NCBI GenBank assembly: GCA_965203905.1
Contig: CBDBDQ010000005.1
Coordinates: 4,608,001-4,672,000 of the forward strand
DNA from: Spirochaetia bacterium
GTDB taxonomy: Bacteria; Spirochaetota; Spirochaetia; SZUA-6; Bin103
DNA: 64,000 nt
Reading direction: 5' to 3'
Below the pieces are notes generated by a model. The model worked only from the letters and a program-made list of their open reading frames with translations. It was not told the origin of the DNA and did not search any database. The position numbers and the translations under genes are program-made. Below, piece by piece: positions 39,725-49,909 of the stretch. Position 1 is the first letter of the stretch; each line of letters starts with the position of its first letter.

Positions 39725-40507
39725 ATGGCTGAGCCTCAGGTGGGCGTATGCGGCGCGCATGCCGAGTTGTGCGCGGTAGCGGGGTCGATCGACTTCGCGG
39801 AAGAGGCGGTGCAACGGCTGCTGGTGCCGGAGCAGCCGGAGGCGACGTTCGACCCTCCGCCGCCGGCGGCGCTCGCGACGCTCCCGATTTCCGCGGCCAA
39901 CGGGTTTCTGCCGGGCGACCTGCGTTCCACGGGACCGGCGGTGGACCTGGAGCGGCTGCGGCGCTACGCCGCGGCGGCGTTCCGGCGCGCGCGGCAGGTG
40001 GGGATCGGAATCGTCGTGTATGGCAGCGGCGCCTCGCGCCAGGTCGACGAGGGTTTCGACCGGGCACGTGCCGAGCAGCAGTTCGTGGAAGCCTTGCGCA
40101 CGGTCGGTCCCCCGGCGGCGGAGGCCGGCGTTACCGTGGTCGTGGAACCGCTCAACACCGCCGAGTGCAACCTCATCAACAGTGTGACCGAGGGCGCCGA
40201 GGCGGTGCGCGCCGCCGGACATCCCCACGTCATGCTGCTGGCCGACCTGTACCACATGCTGCGCGAGGACGAGAGCCCGGACGCCATCGAGCGGGCGGGC
40301 GCCCTGATCCGGCACGTGCACGTGGCGGAGAGAGCGGAGCGCACACCGCCGGGGGTCGCCGGCGACGACTTTCGCCCGTTCCTGCGCGCACTGGCCCGCA
40401 TCGGCTATGACGGCGCATTCTCGCTGGAGTGCCGCTGGCGGGATCAGCTCGCGCAGGCCCCGCCGGGGGTCGCGGCGCTGCGCCGCCAACTGGCTTCCAT
40501 CGCCTGA
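39725..40507 (+). CDS. Sugar phosphate isomerase/epimerase (D-tagatose/psicose 3-epimerase-like TIM barrel)
   Basis: GAGGAGG RBS, VVVEPLN, LADLYHM, HVHVAE, GYDGAFSLE. Confidence 0.88.
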   Translation: MAEPQVGVCGAHAELCAVAGSIDFAEEAVQRLLVPEQPEATFDPPPPAALATLPISAANGFLPGDLRSTGPAVDLERLRRYAAAAFRRARQVGIGIVVYGSGASRQVDEGFDRARAEQQFVEALRTVGPPAAEAGVTVVVEPLNTAECNLINSVTEGAEAVRAAGHPHVMLLADLYHMLREDESPDAIERAGALIRHVHVAERAERTPPGVAGDDFRPFLRALARIGYDGAFSLECRWRDQLAQAPPGVAALRRQLASIA

Positions 40508-40614
40508 GCGCTCGCCGGCAGGTCATTCGGCGGGTGGTTCCTCAGTTCTCACGATGGGCGCCGGCCGCGTGCCGCCGTACTTGCTTCCGACCGCGCGTCC
40601 CGGCCCGCCGGGCG

Positions 40615-42300
40615 GTGATCGGCGCGCCGTCACTGCTGGCAGTGGTGGGGCTGGCTCTCGCCACGGCCGGCTGCGACCTGTTCTTCCCTCCGGCGCTGTC
40701 GGTGCGGGTGCGGCCCTCGGAGCTGCTGGCGGATTACGCCGACCGGCCGTTGTGGCAGTGGAGCGTTGACGGGACGGGGAGAGTCGGACGGCTGCAGGTA
40801 TCCCTCGATCACGGCCGTTACCGCGAGCTGCCCCCGGCGGCCCGCTCCTATCGTGCGCCGGCACCGCTGGCGCCGGGGCGGCACGTGCTCACGGTCCGGG
40901 CCCAGGTCGGCGGCCGCACGCTGCGCGCGTCGTCCAGTGCGCGGGTAGCCGCCCTGCCGGCGTTGCCCGGTGGAATTCCGGACGACGCGCGCGGCAGGTG
41001 GTGGCTGGAGCAGATCCGGCTGCCGGAGGTGTGGCGGGCGTACGCCGGGGGCAGGCTGACGCCGCCGCGGCCGGTGATCGTGGCGGTCCTCGACGGCGGC
41101 TACCTGCCACATCCGGACCTGGCCGACGGCCTGGATCCCGGCGCCGGGTACGACTTCGTCAGCGCGGGCCTGCTGACCGACGGCGACGGGGTCGATCCCG
41201 ACGCCTACGCCGAGGGCGCCTGGCACGGTACCGCGGTCGCCGGCATCGTCGCCGCCGGCATCGGCAACGGCTACGTGGCCGGAATGGACTGGTCCGCGGA
41301 ACGCATCATCAGCATCATGCCGGTGCGCGTGATCGACGTCGACGGAACCGGCACCGACTACGACCTGGCGCAAGGGGTGCGCTACGCCGCGGGTCTGGAA
41401 AATGACTCCGGAGAGTTGCCGCCGCGGGCGGCCAAGATCATCAACGTCAGCATCACCGACCCGGAGCACGTCGCCGTCTCCGCGGTGCTGCAGAATGCCT
41501 TCCATGATGCCACCGAGGCGGGCGCGATCGTGGTAGCCGCCGCGGGCAACGAAGCCCCGGCGCAAGTGGCGGTACGGGCTCCCGCCAGCTCCGGCTGCAC
41601 CCTGGCGGTGGCGGCCGCCAACGTCGATCGCGAGCTCGCGGCCTACTCCAACTACGGCCCGCGGCTGGACCTGGTGGCCCCCGGCGGCGACGGCGGGGCC
41701 GCGCTGGAGGTGCTCGCCACCGCCCCGAACGGGTCGTGGTCCACGCGCCGGCAGCGGGGCACCTCGTTCGCCGCCCCGCACCTGTCCGGTGCGCTGGCAC
41801 TCCTGGCGGGCCACGCCCCCGACGTCACCCTGCAGGATGCCCGCGTGCTGCTGGCCGACTCGGCGGCGGACCTGGGACCGGCGGGATGGGACGATCGCTA
41901 CGGTGCCGGGCTGCTCGACGTGTTTGCGCTGCTCGGGGCGTACCCGCCGCGCGCCGAGGTCGCGGTGCCGCCGCTGCCGTGCCTGCCCCCGGCACCTTCG
42001 GCGGCCCTGCGCGGCGCCGCGGCGGCGGATGCGCTGGCGTCCGCCGGGCCACCGGCGTCCGCCGATCCGCGTACCCTGGTGGTGCGCTGGAGCGGTGCTC
42101 GGCTCAGCCGCGCGGCAGGCGCCGCCGCGGCCGCCGCACTGAGCAGCCGCCTCGGGCTGTTGCAGGTAAGCCCCGGCGACGGGGAGTTCAGCCTGGTGCG
42201 CCTGCGCCAGGACCAGGACCTGAGCCAGTTGAAGGCGCGCCTGGAGGCCGATCCGGCGGTGGCGTCGGTGCAGTTCAACCGCCGCTTCCGAGCACCGTGA
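40615..42300 (+). CDS. S8 subtilisin-family serine peptidase, lipoprotein
   Basis: Lipobox ATAGC, catalytic AVLDGG / WHGTAVAG / GTSFAAP, oxyanion AAAGN. Confidence 0.9.
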   Translation: MIGAPSLLAVVGLALATAGCDLFFPPALSVRVRPSELLADYADRPLWQWSVDGTGRVGRLQVSLDHGRYRELPPAARSYRAPAPLAPGRHVLTVRAQVGGRTLRASSSARVAALPALPGGIPDDARGRWWLEQIRLPEVWRAYAGGRLTPPRPVIVAVLDGGYLPHPDLADGLDPGAGYDFVSAGLLTDGDGVDPDAYAEGAWHGTAVAGIVAAGIGNGYVAGMDWSAERIISIMPVRVIDVDGTGTDYDLAQGVRYAAGLENDSGELPPRAAKIINVSITDPEHVAVSAVLQNAFHDATEAGAIVVAAAGNEAPAQVAVRAPASSGCTLAVAAANVDRELAAYSNYGPRLDLVAPGGDGGAALEVLATAPNGSWSTRRQRGTSFAAPHLSGALALLAGHAPDVTLQDARVLLADSAADLGPAGWDDRYGAGLLDVFALLGAYPPRAEVAVPPLPCLPPAPSAALRGAAAADALASAGPPASADPRTLVVRWSGARLSRAAGAAAAAALSSRLGLLQVSPGDGEFSLVRLRQDQDLSQLKARLEADPAVASVQFNRRFRAP

Positions 42301-42319
42301 GCCTGGCCGCCGCCACGCT

Positions 42320-43309
42320 CTACCCGCGGCTGGCGCGCTTGGCGCTGGCCTGCATCGACCGAGACGTCCGCCTGAGCGCTGGCGCACAGTCCGCCAGCGC
42401 GCGCATGGTGGCGTGTACGGTGGGCGTGGCCAGGGAGCCCCAGCGGCACCAGCACAGCAACTCGTCGACGCCGAGCGCGGCCAGACGGCGCAGCCTCCGG
42501 CGCAGCAGGTCCGCACTGCCGATCACGGTGCGTTGGCCGAGGTAGGCCGCCACCTCCTGGTCGGTCGGCGGCGGCTGCTCCACCATGCGATTGCGGTGCT
42601 CCAGCGTCCAGCGGATCGCGGAGCGGACCTGCGCCGGAGTTTCGTCGGCAGCCGCCGCCTCGTCGACTACGCAGATGCTGCGCAGGAGACCGAAGCGGCC
42701 CGGCCCTGCCGTGTCCGGGCTGGCACGGCCTTGGCGATATGCATGGAGGAGTCGCTCCGTCTGCCCTTCGTCGCCGAGGGTGAGCAGCCGGAACCCGCTG
42801 CGGGCCGCCCAGCTTGCGGTCTCGGGGGCGGCGCCGGTGACCGCGACCGGCGGGTGGGGGCGCTGGTGCGGGCGCAACCCCGGGCTGCCGCTCCAGTGGT
42901 CGATGACGGCGGCGACGGCGTCGCGGTGGCGCCGGTGGCGGTCATCGAAGTCGGCGCCCAGGTGGCGATACTCCACCGGCGAGTAGCCGGCGCCGAAGCC
43001 GGCGATCACGCGCCCGTCCGAGAGATGATCCACCGTGGCGATCTCGTCCGCCAGCCGGAGCGGATGATGCAGGGGCGTGACGTTCACCGCGTAGCCGATG
43101 GCGACCCGCTCGGTGCGGGCGGCGATGGCGGCCGCGATCACCGAGGGTGCCGCCGCCAGGCCGTAGGCGGAACCGTGATGCTCGGTTACCCACACGCTGT
43201 CGAACCCCAGGTGCTCGGCCAGCAGGGCGTCTTCCAGCGCATTGGCGAACACCTGTGTCTGCGACACGCCCGCCGGTTGCGGCAGGATGAGAAACAGCCC
43301 GAGGCGCAT
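42320..43309 (-). CDS. LLM-class flavin-dependent oxidoreductase
   Basis: GFDSVWVTEHH, HHPLRLADEIATVDHLSDGR, PHQRPHPP. Confidence 0.9.
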   Translation of the reverse strand: MRLGLFLILPQPAGVSQTQVFANALEDALLAEHLGFDSVWVTEHHGSAYGLAAAPSVIAAAIAARTERVAIGYAVNVTPLHHPLRLADEIATVDHLSDGRVIAGFGAGYSPVEYRHLGADFDDRHRRHRDAVAAVIDHWSGSPGLRPHQRPHPPVAVTGAAPETASWAARSGFRLLTLGDEGQTERLLHAYRQGRASPDTAGPGRFGLLRSICVVDEAAAADETPAQVRSAIRWTLEHRNRMVEQPPPTDQEVAAYLGQRTVIGSADLLRRRLRRLAALGVDELLCWCRWGSLATPTVHATMRALADCAPALRRTSRSMQASAKRASRG

Positions 43310-43395
43310 GCGCAATTCTACACCGTGGCGCGCCGCGTCGGTGCCCGGTGTGTCCCCGGCTGGGCACTTCGGCGCCGGTATGGTAGGGGATAGGC

Positions 43396-44139
43396 GTGAA
43401 ACTGGCAGGCAAAAGAATCATCGTATCGGGCGCGGCTACCGGCATCGGCGCGGCCAGCGCGCGGCTGGTGGCGGCCGAGGGCGCCGCCGTGGCGGCCCTG
43501 GACATCAACGACGAAGACGGAGCGGTTACTGTGGCGGGAATCGTCGCGGGCGGGGGACGGGCCCGCTACTGGCACACGGACGTGCGCCGCGCCGACGAGG
43601 TGGCGGCCGGCGTCGGCGCCGCGATCGAGTGGCTGGGCGGCGGCGTCGACGTGCTGCTGCACCTGGCGGGGGTACTGCAGGGCGCCGCGGTCGACCTCAC
43701 CGAGTTCTCCGACACGGTGTGGGACGAAGTGCTGGACGTGAACCTCAAGGGCTCCTACCTGGTGAGCAAGCAGGTGGCGGCAGCGATGATCGCAGCCGGG
43801 GCGGGGGTGATCGTGCTGTGCAGCTCCGGCGCCGGCGTGATCGGCGGCAGCTCGTCGTTCGCCTACGGCTCCAGCAAGGGCGCCACCCACGGCCTCGGCA
43901 TGGTGCTGGCCCAGCGCCTGGCGCCGCACGGCATCCGGGTGCATGACGTCTGCCCCGGCTCCGTCGACACGCCGCTGAAGGTGGCGCAGTTGCGGGAGGT
44001 ATACCGCCACGACGGCGACCGCGCGCAGTACGAGCATGCGTTGCGGCAGCTCATTCCGCCGGAGGGGATCGCTCCGGTGTTCGCCTTCCTGGCCTCCGAC
44101 GAGGCGCGCTACGTGCGCGGCTCCATCTTCACGCACTGA
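43396..44139 (+). CDS. SDR family oxidoreductase
   Basis: SGAATGIG, VNLKG, YGSSK (YxxxK), CPGSVDT. Confidence 0.92.
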   Translation: MKLAGKRIIVSGAATGIGAASARLVAAEGAAVAALDINDEDGAVTVAGIVAGGGRARYWHTDVRRADEVAAGVGAAIEWLGGGVDVLLHLAGVLQGAAVDLTEFSDTVWDEVLDVNLKGSYLVSKQVAAAMIAAGAGVIVLCSSGAGVIGGSSSFAYGSSKGATHGLGMVLAQRLAPHGIRVHDVCPGSVDTPLKVAQLREVYRHDGDRAQYEHALRQLIPPEGIAPVFAFLASDEARYVRGSIFTH

Positions 44140-44202
44140 GCTTCGAATGCCGCGCCGGCCCGCGGTCGTAACGCGGCGCCCTCCTGGCATAGAGTTGGCG
44201 CC

Positions 44203-45270
44203 ATGCCGACCTTCACCGCGCATCAGCTCGCCGAGACCGTCACTCGTATCTTCAGCGCCGCCGGGACGCCGCCGGCCAAGGCGCGCACCGTTGCCGAGCT
44301 GCTCATCGACGCCAACCTGACCGGCCACGACTCCCACGGCGTGATCCGCGTGCCGCAATATCTCGACAGCATGGCCAAGGGCGATATCGACCCCAACGCC
44401 GGCGTCGAGGTGGTGCGCGAGGGATCCGCGACCGCGCTGCTGGACGGGCACTGGGACTTCGGCCAGGTCACCATGACCCGCGCCGTGGAAGTGGTGCTGG
44501 AAAAAACCCGGGCCCATGGGCTGGGCGCTGTTGCCGTACGGGGCGCGAACCACATCGGCCGTCTCGGCAGCTACGTCGACAGCATTGCGCGGCACGACAT
44601 GATCGCGTTGCTCTACGTCAATGCGGTGGGCATACCGGCGTACCGGATGGCACCGTGGGGCGGCACCGAGTCGCGCCTGGCCACCGACCCGCTGGCCAAG
44701 GGAATCCCCACCTCGTCCGGCGAGCCGATCGTCATGGACATGACCACCACCGTGGTGGCCGAGGGCAAGGTGCGGCTCAAGCGCAACCGCGGCGAAGCGG
44801 CCCCCGACGGCTGGCTGCTGGATGCCGCCGGAACCCCGACCAATGACCCGCGCGTGCTGTACGAAGAACCGCGCGGCAGCATTCAGCCCCTGGGCGGCGT
44901 CACCGCCGGCCACAAGGGCTACGGGCTCAACGTGGCGATCGAGCTGCTGGCCGGGGCGTTGACCGGAAACGGCTGCATCGGGCGTGAGGGCAGCCAGCTC
45001 AGCAACGGCGTGCTGCTGCTGGCACTCAGCATCACCGAGTTCGGTACCCGCGAAGAGTTCCACGCCGAGGCGGACCGCTTCATCGCCTTCGTCAAGTCTT
45101 CGCCGCCGGCCGCGGGCTTCGACGCCGTGCTGATGCCGGGTGAGATCGAAGCCGCCACCCGCCGGCAGCGCCTGCAGGAGGGCATCTTCGTGGAGCCGGA
45201 GACCTGGCGGCAGATCGCCGATCGCAGCACCGAGCTGGGCCTGGAGTTGGCTACGAATCGAGGTCGGTAA
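44203..45270 (+). CDS. Ldh_2 family (malate/L-lactate/ureidoglycolate) dehydrogenase
   Basis: GHDSHG, NHIGRLG, DMTTT, GHKGYGL, MPGEIE. Confidence 0.92.
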   Translation: MPTFTAHQLAETVTRIFSAAGTPPAKARTVAELLIDANLTGHDSHGVIRVPQYLDSMAKGDIDPNAGVEVVREGSATALLDGHWDFGQVTMTRAVEVVLEKTRAHGLGAVAVRGANHIGRLGSYVDSIARHDMIALLYVNAVGIPAYRMAPWGGTESRLATDPLAKGIPTSSGEPIVMDMTTTVVAEGKVRLKRNRGEAAPDGWLLDAAGTPTNDPRVLYEEPRGSIQPLGGVTAGHKGYGLNVAIELLAGALTGNGCIGREGSQLSNGVLLLALSITEFGTREEFHAEADRFIAFVKSSPPAAGFDAVLMPGEIEAATRRQRLQEGIFVEPETWRQIADRSTELGLELATNRGR

Positions 45271-45550
45271 GATAGGGTGTGGGTCGGGCTGCAGTCAGGC
45301 TGGTGAGGCGGGATCGAAGCAAGCCAGAACTCGGTGGCGGTGTCGGCATCGAAGCGCGCCGCAGCAGTGCCCGTTGCTGGTCGACACCCTGCACAACGCC
45401 CTGTGCGCGGCCTTCCCGGAGCCGACACCCTTCTCGGGGCCTCGGGGGATAGTAGGTTGTCAACGCTCAGAACCTCTCGCTACATTGCTCCATGAGCGCG
45501 GGACGCCGACATCCGCCCAGGCCGCGCGCGTCACCGCGGCCGCCTCGGCG

Positions 45551-45579
45551 TTGACGAGTGGCGTGGGGAAGGCCATCCT
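45551..45579 (+). promoter_or_regulatory. Sigma70-type promoter of the SLATT-like gene
   Basis: TTGACG (45551-56), 17 nt spacer, CATCCT (45574-79); GGGAGG RBS follows. Confidence 0.55.
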
Positions 45580-45596
45580 GAATCAGGGAGGCATTC

Positions 45597-46097
45597 ATGG
45601 TTTCTCAGGCGAATAGGCGCCAAGCATGGCTACTGCTGTGGGAAGCAAACCATCTGGTCAGATACTGGACCGGAATCCACCAGAAGATGTCCACACGTCA
45701 CCGCTGGATACTTGGCGGCCAAGCGGTGCTTGCGGCTGGGGCCGGCACCGCTCTCGTGGCGGAGGTGGTCTCCTGGATCGCCGTGGTAGCAAATGTGGGC
45801 GTGGTGGCATTCATGGTCTCGTCTATGGTCAGAGATCATTCTGGCAAGCTCTGGGCGGTCCGGGAGGTGAGGGCGCGCTGCGACAGGGTACAGCGCGAGG
45901 CACGCATGCTCTGGACACGGATCCAGAACGACAGCGTTTCAGATCAGATCGTGGAGGAACGATGGGCCGATTTGCAGCGGGAACTCGACGAAGCTACCGG
46001 GACCATGGCGGACTTGGCGACCAAGGAAGACTTGAACATCCAGGCGGCGCAAGAGGCCACCTCCATTCTCGAGCAGGAATACGCAAGACAGAATTGA
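45597..46097 (+). CDS. Hypothetical 2-TM protein, SLATT-like
   Basis: N-terminal helix, two adjacent hydrophobic segments, helical C-terminus; strong RBS; codon usage less GC-rich than the neighbours. SLATT assignment is by architecture only. Confidence 0.7.
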   Translation: MVSQANRRQAWLLLWEANHLVRYWTGIHQKMSTRHRWILGGQAVLAAGAGTALVAEVVSWIAVVANVGVVAFMVSSMVRDHSGKLWAVREVRARCDRVQREARMLWTRIQNDSVSDQIVEERWADLQRELDEATGTMADLATKEDLNIQAAQEATSILEQEYARQN

Positions 46098-46240
46098 ACA
46101 CGGACTTTACCAAGAGCCTGCCGCGGCGGCCGGCGACCGTACCACTACCGGCGGTCCCCCCGCCTGAGACGCGACCGGCGAATCCTCAGAAGCCGGCCCG
46201 CCCGCCCACCAAGCCGGCTCAAACCGAACGCGACAAATAG
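46094..46240 (+). CDS. Putative 48-aa proline-rich micro-protein
   Basis: TTG overlaps the upstream stop (TTGA); MNTDFTKSLPRRPATVPLPAVPPPETRPANPQKPARPPTKPAQTERDK. Confidence 0.4.
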   Translation: MNTDFTKSLPRRPATVPLPAVPPPETRPANPQKPARPPTKPAQTERDK

Positions 46241-46345
46241 AAACACCCAGGGAACAACAACGCCGCGCCCAGGTAAAGAGAGTGGCTGGCAGCCCCAAAT
46301 TGCGGATGTCCAATTCGACGCTGCCGGCAGCGCGGCGGCTCAGCA

Positions 46346-47644
46346 TCAGCGGTCGGCCCAGGCCGCGCCGTGGGGGTACTCGTAGCGGTCGAGTGAGGCC
46401 GGCTGCATGGTGATGCTGTAGCCGGGCGCCTCCGGCAGCACGTAGCGCGCGTCACGGATCACCACGGGGTCGACGAAGTGCTCGTGCAGGTGGTCGGAGT
46501 ACTCGATCAGCACGCCCTCCAGGCTCGGCGCCACCGCCACGTAGTGGAACGCCGACAGGTGCTGGACGTACTCGCACAGACCGACGCCCCCGGCGTGCGG
46601 GCATACCGGGATGCCGAACTTCGCCGCCAGCAGCAACACCGCCAGCACCTCGTTCACGCCGCCGAGGCGGCAGGCGTCCACCTGGCAGAAGGCCATGCCG
46701 CCCGCCTGCATGAGCTGCTTGAACACCACCCGGTTGGGGCAGTGCTCGCCGGTGGCCACACCGATGGGGGCGATCGCGCGGGCGATGGCGCCGTGACCCA
46801 TGGCGTCGTCGGGAAAGGTCGGCTCCTCGATCCACAGCGGATCGAACTGTGCCAGCGGTGCCATGTGGGCGATCGCCTCCGGTACGTCCCACACCTGGTT
46901 GGCGTCGAACATCAGGTGGCAGTCGCCGCCCAGCGCCTCGCGCATCACCGCGGCGCGGCGCACGTTCTGGGCGTCGTCCGACCCCACCTTCATCTTGAAC
47001 GCGCGCCAGCCGCCCGCGCGGTACTGCCCGCACAGCGCCCGCACCTTCTCCTCGCTGTAGCCCAGCCAGCCGGCGGACGAGGTGTAGGTGGGCAGCCCGA
47101 TGCGGCGCAGCTCGGCGGTGCGCTGCGTCTTGCCGGGAGCGTGCTCGCGCAGCAGTTCCAGCGCCTCCTCGGGCGTGAGGGCATCGGTGAGGTAGCGGAA
47201 GTCGACGCAGGCGACCAGTTGCTCGGGAGTCATCTCCGCCAGCAGCCGCCACAGCGGCTTGCCCTCGTGCTTGGCGTACAGGTCCCACACCGCGTTGACC
47301 AGCGCCGCGGTGGCCAGGTGGATGGCGCCCTTCTCCGGTCCGATCCAGCGCAGCTGGCTGTCGTTGGTCAGGGCCCGCCAGAAGGCGCGCAGATCGGCGC
47401 TGATCTGCTCCAGGGTGCGGCCGACCACGAGGTGCTGCAGGGCGTGTACCGCGGCGATGCAGATCTCGGTGCCGCGCCCCAGGGTGAAGGTGATGCCGTG
47501 GCCTTCCAGTCCCACTTGGTCGGTATACAGGACGACGTAAGCGGCCGAGTAGTCGGGGTCGGTGTGCACCGCGTCCGAGCCGTCCAGGTTGGCGGAGGTG
47601 GGGAAGCGGATGTCGCGGACGGTGAGATGGGTAATGGTTGCCAT
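46346..47644 (-). CDS. L-fuconate dehydratase (enolase superfamily, ENOSF1-like)
   Basis: DIRFPTS…DGSDA…DPDYSAAYV, QLRWIGPEKG, KMKVG, DANQ, WIEEP, ATGEH, CPHAGGVGLCE. Start ATG 47644. Confidence 0.92.
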   Translation of the reverse strand: MATITHLTVRDIRFPTSANLDGSDAVHTDPDYSAAYVVLYTDQVGLEGHGITFTLGRGTEICIAAVHALQHLVVGRTLEQISADLRAFWRALTNDSQLRWIGPEKGAIHLATAALVNAVWDLYAKHEGKPLWRLLAEMTPEQLVACVDFRYLTDALTPEEALELLREHAPGKTQRTAELRRIGLPTYTSSAGWLGYSEEKVRALCGQYRAGGWRAFKMKVGSDDAQNVRRAAVMREALGGDCHLMFDANQVWDVPEAIAHMAPLAQFDPLWIEEPTFPDDAMGHGAIARAIAPIGVATGEHCPNRVVFKQLMQAGGMAFCQVDACRLGGVNEVLAVLLLAAKFGIPVCPHAGGVGLCEYVQHLSAFHYVAVAPSLEGVLIEYSDHLHEHFVDPVVIRDARYVLPEAPGYSITMQPASLDRYEYPHGAAWADR

Positions 47645-48648
47645 TACTGATCCTCGGCAGTGGAGGTGAGCCAGCCGCGTACCCGCGGATGGTCGAGCGC
47701 CTCCGGGTTGAGCACGTGCGCCGGCCGGCGTCCGGCGACGGCGGCGTTCACCTGCTGGAAGGTGGCAGCGTCGAGCCGAGCCGACGACTCGACGGTGATG
47801 CCGGCGCTGTGGTTGGTGGCGATGATGCGCGGATGATCGCGGTGGATCGCACGCGGCCCGTTCACGGGATCGTCGACCACGTAGTAGTACAACTGCTCCT
47901 GCTCCACGGCTCGGTGCACCGCTTCGTCGTCGACCAGATTGCCGCGCGAGGGGTTGATCAGCGACGCGTGCGGCCGCATCAGCTCCAGCAGATCCCGGCC
48001 AACGATGGTGGTGTCGCCGGAGACGTGCAGCGAGACGGTGTCGCACTCGCGGAACAGCACCTCCGGGGACGGCACCGCCTCGGCACCCGACTTCGCGGCG
48101 AGCTGGCCGATGTCGGGACGGATGTCGTACACCAGCAGCCGGCCGGCCGGACCGAGCAGCGGAACCGCCCGCTGGGCCACCTCCTGGCCGATGCGGCCGA
48201 AGCCGTACAGGCCGAGGGTCGAGCCCTGCACGTCGAAGCAGCGCAGCACCCGCGTATCGTCGCGATGCGCGTTGCGGTTGAGCGTGTAGGTGCGTTTCAT
48301 GGTGGCGAACCACTGTGCGATGGTGTACTCGGCCACGCTGTCCATGTGTACGGGGGTGATGGTGATCAGCACGCCGTGGCGCGTGGCCGCCGCGACGTTG
48401 ACCTGATCGAACCCCACCCCCCAGCGCGCCACCACGCGGAGGTCGGCGGCGGCGGCGTAGAAGCTGTCGCGGAACGGCGCCGAGTCGGCGATCACGGCGA
48501 TCACGCCGGGGGCTTCGGCGGCGGTCAGCTCGGCCGGCTGCTCCTCCACCGTGGCCAGGGTGGCCAGTTGTTCCAGCCCGGCGCTGCGCGCGGGCGAGGC
48601 GAACTCCGGGTTGCGGAGCTGGCGGGTCACGTAGATGCGGCTTCCCAT
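47644..48648 (-). CDS. D-isomer-specific 2-hydroxyacid dehydrogenase family protein
   Basis: RWGVGFDQV, GLYGFGRIG, INPSRG, TNHSAG. Confidence 0.88.
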   Translation of the reverse strand: MGSRIYVTRQLRNPEFASPARSAGLEQLATLATVEEQPAELTAAEAPGVIAVIADSAPFRDSFYAAAADLRVVARWGVGFDQVNVAAATRHGVLITITPVHMDSVAEYTIAQWFATMKRTYTLNRNAHRDDTRVLRCFDVQGSTLGLYGFGRIGQEVAQRAVPLLGPAGRLLVYDIRPDIGQLAAKSGAEAVPSPEVLFRECDTVSLHVSGDTTIVGRDLLELMRPHASLINPSRGNLVDDEAVHRAVEQEQLYYYVVDDPVNGPRAIHRDHPRIIATNHSAGITVESSARLDAATFQQVNAAVAGRRPAHVLNPEALDHPRVRGWLTSTAEDQ

Positions 48649-48763
48649 GTCGCCCCTATCATGCCCGGGATCGACCGGGCGCCGCGACCGCCCGCGGCCG
48701 GAACCCGGCCGCTACGCAAGGGCGGGCAACGCGAGCGCGCGGATGCGCCCGCCGCGGCACGCG

Positions 48764-49795
48764 CTACAGCCCCGCTACGGCAGCGGCCTGACCCGTCTCC
48801 AGGCTGCGGTGGACCGCGGCGGTGAACTCCATGTACTGCACACCGTCGGCGAAGCGGGTATGCGACACTTCCTCATGCCCGCGAATGGCGCTGATGAACT
48901 CTTCCTCCACCCGCCAGGCGCCGCCGTCATCCGGCGCGATGGTGACCGGGGCAAGCGCGCTGTCGCCGCGCGCGCCGTAGTGCAGGCCGCCGTCGGCATC
49001 GCGGTGCAGGGTTCCCTCGCTGCCGCAGAGCCACGCTCCGCTGGGCCGCAGACCGGTCACCTGCGACACCTGCATGCGCAACTGGGCACCGCACGCCAAG
49101 TCGCCGAGCAGGTCGATGTGGTCGGGGATCGGGACCGCCCGGCGCACCCCGCCGGCGTCCGGGCGCATCGACACGAAGGTGCGGGCGAACGCGGCCACCC
49201 GCGTGGCCGGCCCGGCCCAGCGCATCATCGCCTCGTACCAGATGCCCAGGGTCATGATGTTGAGGCCGCTCAGCTCGCGCTGGTGGCGCCAATGCAGCGG
49301 CCCCTCGGTGCGAAACGTGCTGCTGTCGATCAACTCCACCGCCAGCAGGTCGCCCAGGCGCCCCTCGGCCAGGTAGCGGCGAATGGTGCCGTCCTCTCCC
49401 AGGGTGTGCGGGGCGGGCACGATCTGGGCCACCAGCTCGGGCCGACCCCGACTCGCCGCCAGCATGGCGCGCGCCTCGCCGGCGTTCATCGCCATGCGCG
49501 CCTCGCACAGCACGTGCTTGCCCGCCGCCAGCGCCGCCAGCGTGATGGGGCAGTGCAGATAGGGCCAGGTGCCGATCACGATGGCGTCGCTATCGTCCGC
49601 CGCCACCAGCTCCGGCCAGCTCTCGTACACCGCGCCGATCCCGAACTGCTGCGCCACGCGCTCGGACGACTCCCGACTGCGGTTGCAGACGCTGCCAAGC
49701 TCAACGTCCGGCTGCTCCAGCAGCCCCGGCAGATGCCGGCTCACCGTGTTGGCGCCGGCGCCCACCACGCCGACCCGTATCGTACTGGTTCCCAT
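48764..49795 (-). CDS. Gfo/Idh/MocA family oxidoreductase
   Basis: RVGVVGAG, AGKHVLCEARMA. Start ATG 49795. Confidence 0.9.
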   Translation of the reverse strand: MGTSTIRVGVVGAGANTVSRHLPGLLEQPDVELGSVCNRSRESSERVAQQFGIGAVYESWPELVAADDSDAIVIGTWPYLHCPITLAALAAGKHVLCEARMAMNAGEARAMLAASRGRPELVAQIVPAPHTLGEDGTIRRYLAEGRLGDLLAVELIDSSTFRTEGPLHWRHQRELSGLNIMTLGIWYEAMMRWAGPATRVAAFARTFVSMRPDAGGVRRAVPIPDHIDLLGDLACGAQLRMQVSQVTGLRPSGAWLCGSEGTLHRDADGGLHYGARGDSALAPVTIAPDDGGAWRVEEEFISAIRGHEEVSHTRFADGVQYMEFTAAVHRSLETGQAAAVAGL

Positions 49796-49909
49796 GGTTG
49801 CCAGCATAAGCCGCGGCGCTCCCCTTACGCCACCCTTCCAGCGGCGACGTGAGTCGCGCATCGTCCCGTGCTACTGTGAAGCGATGACGGTCAGCAGGGC
49901 GGCACGCGC

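Noticed and set aside
45271-45550. Possible gene fragment (…LLVDTLHNALCAAFPEP…) upstream of the SLATT-like gene
   Set aside because: Too short, with no start or family motif to support a call.
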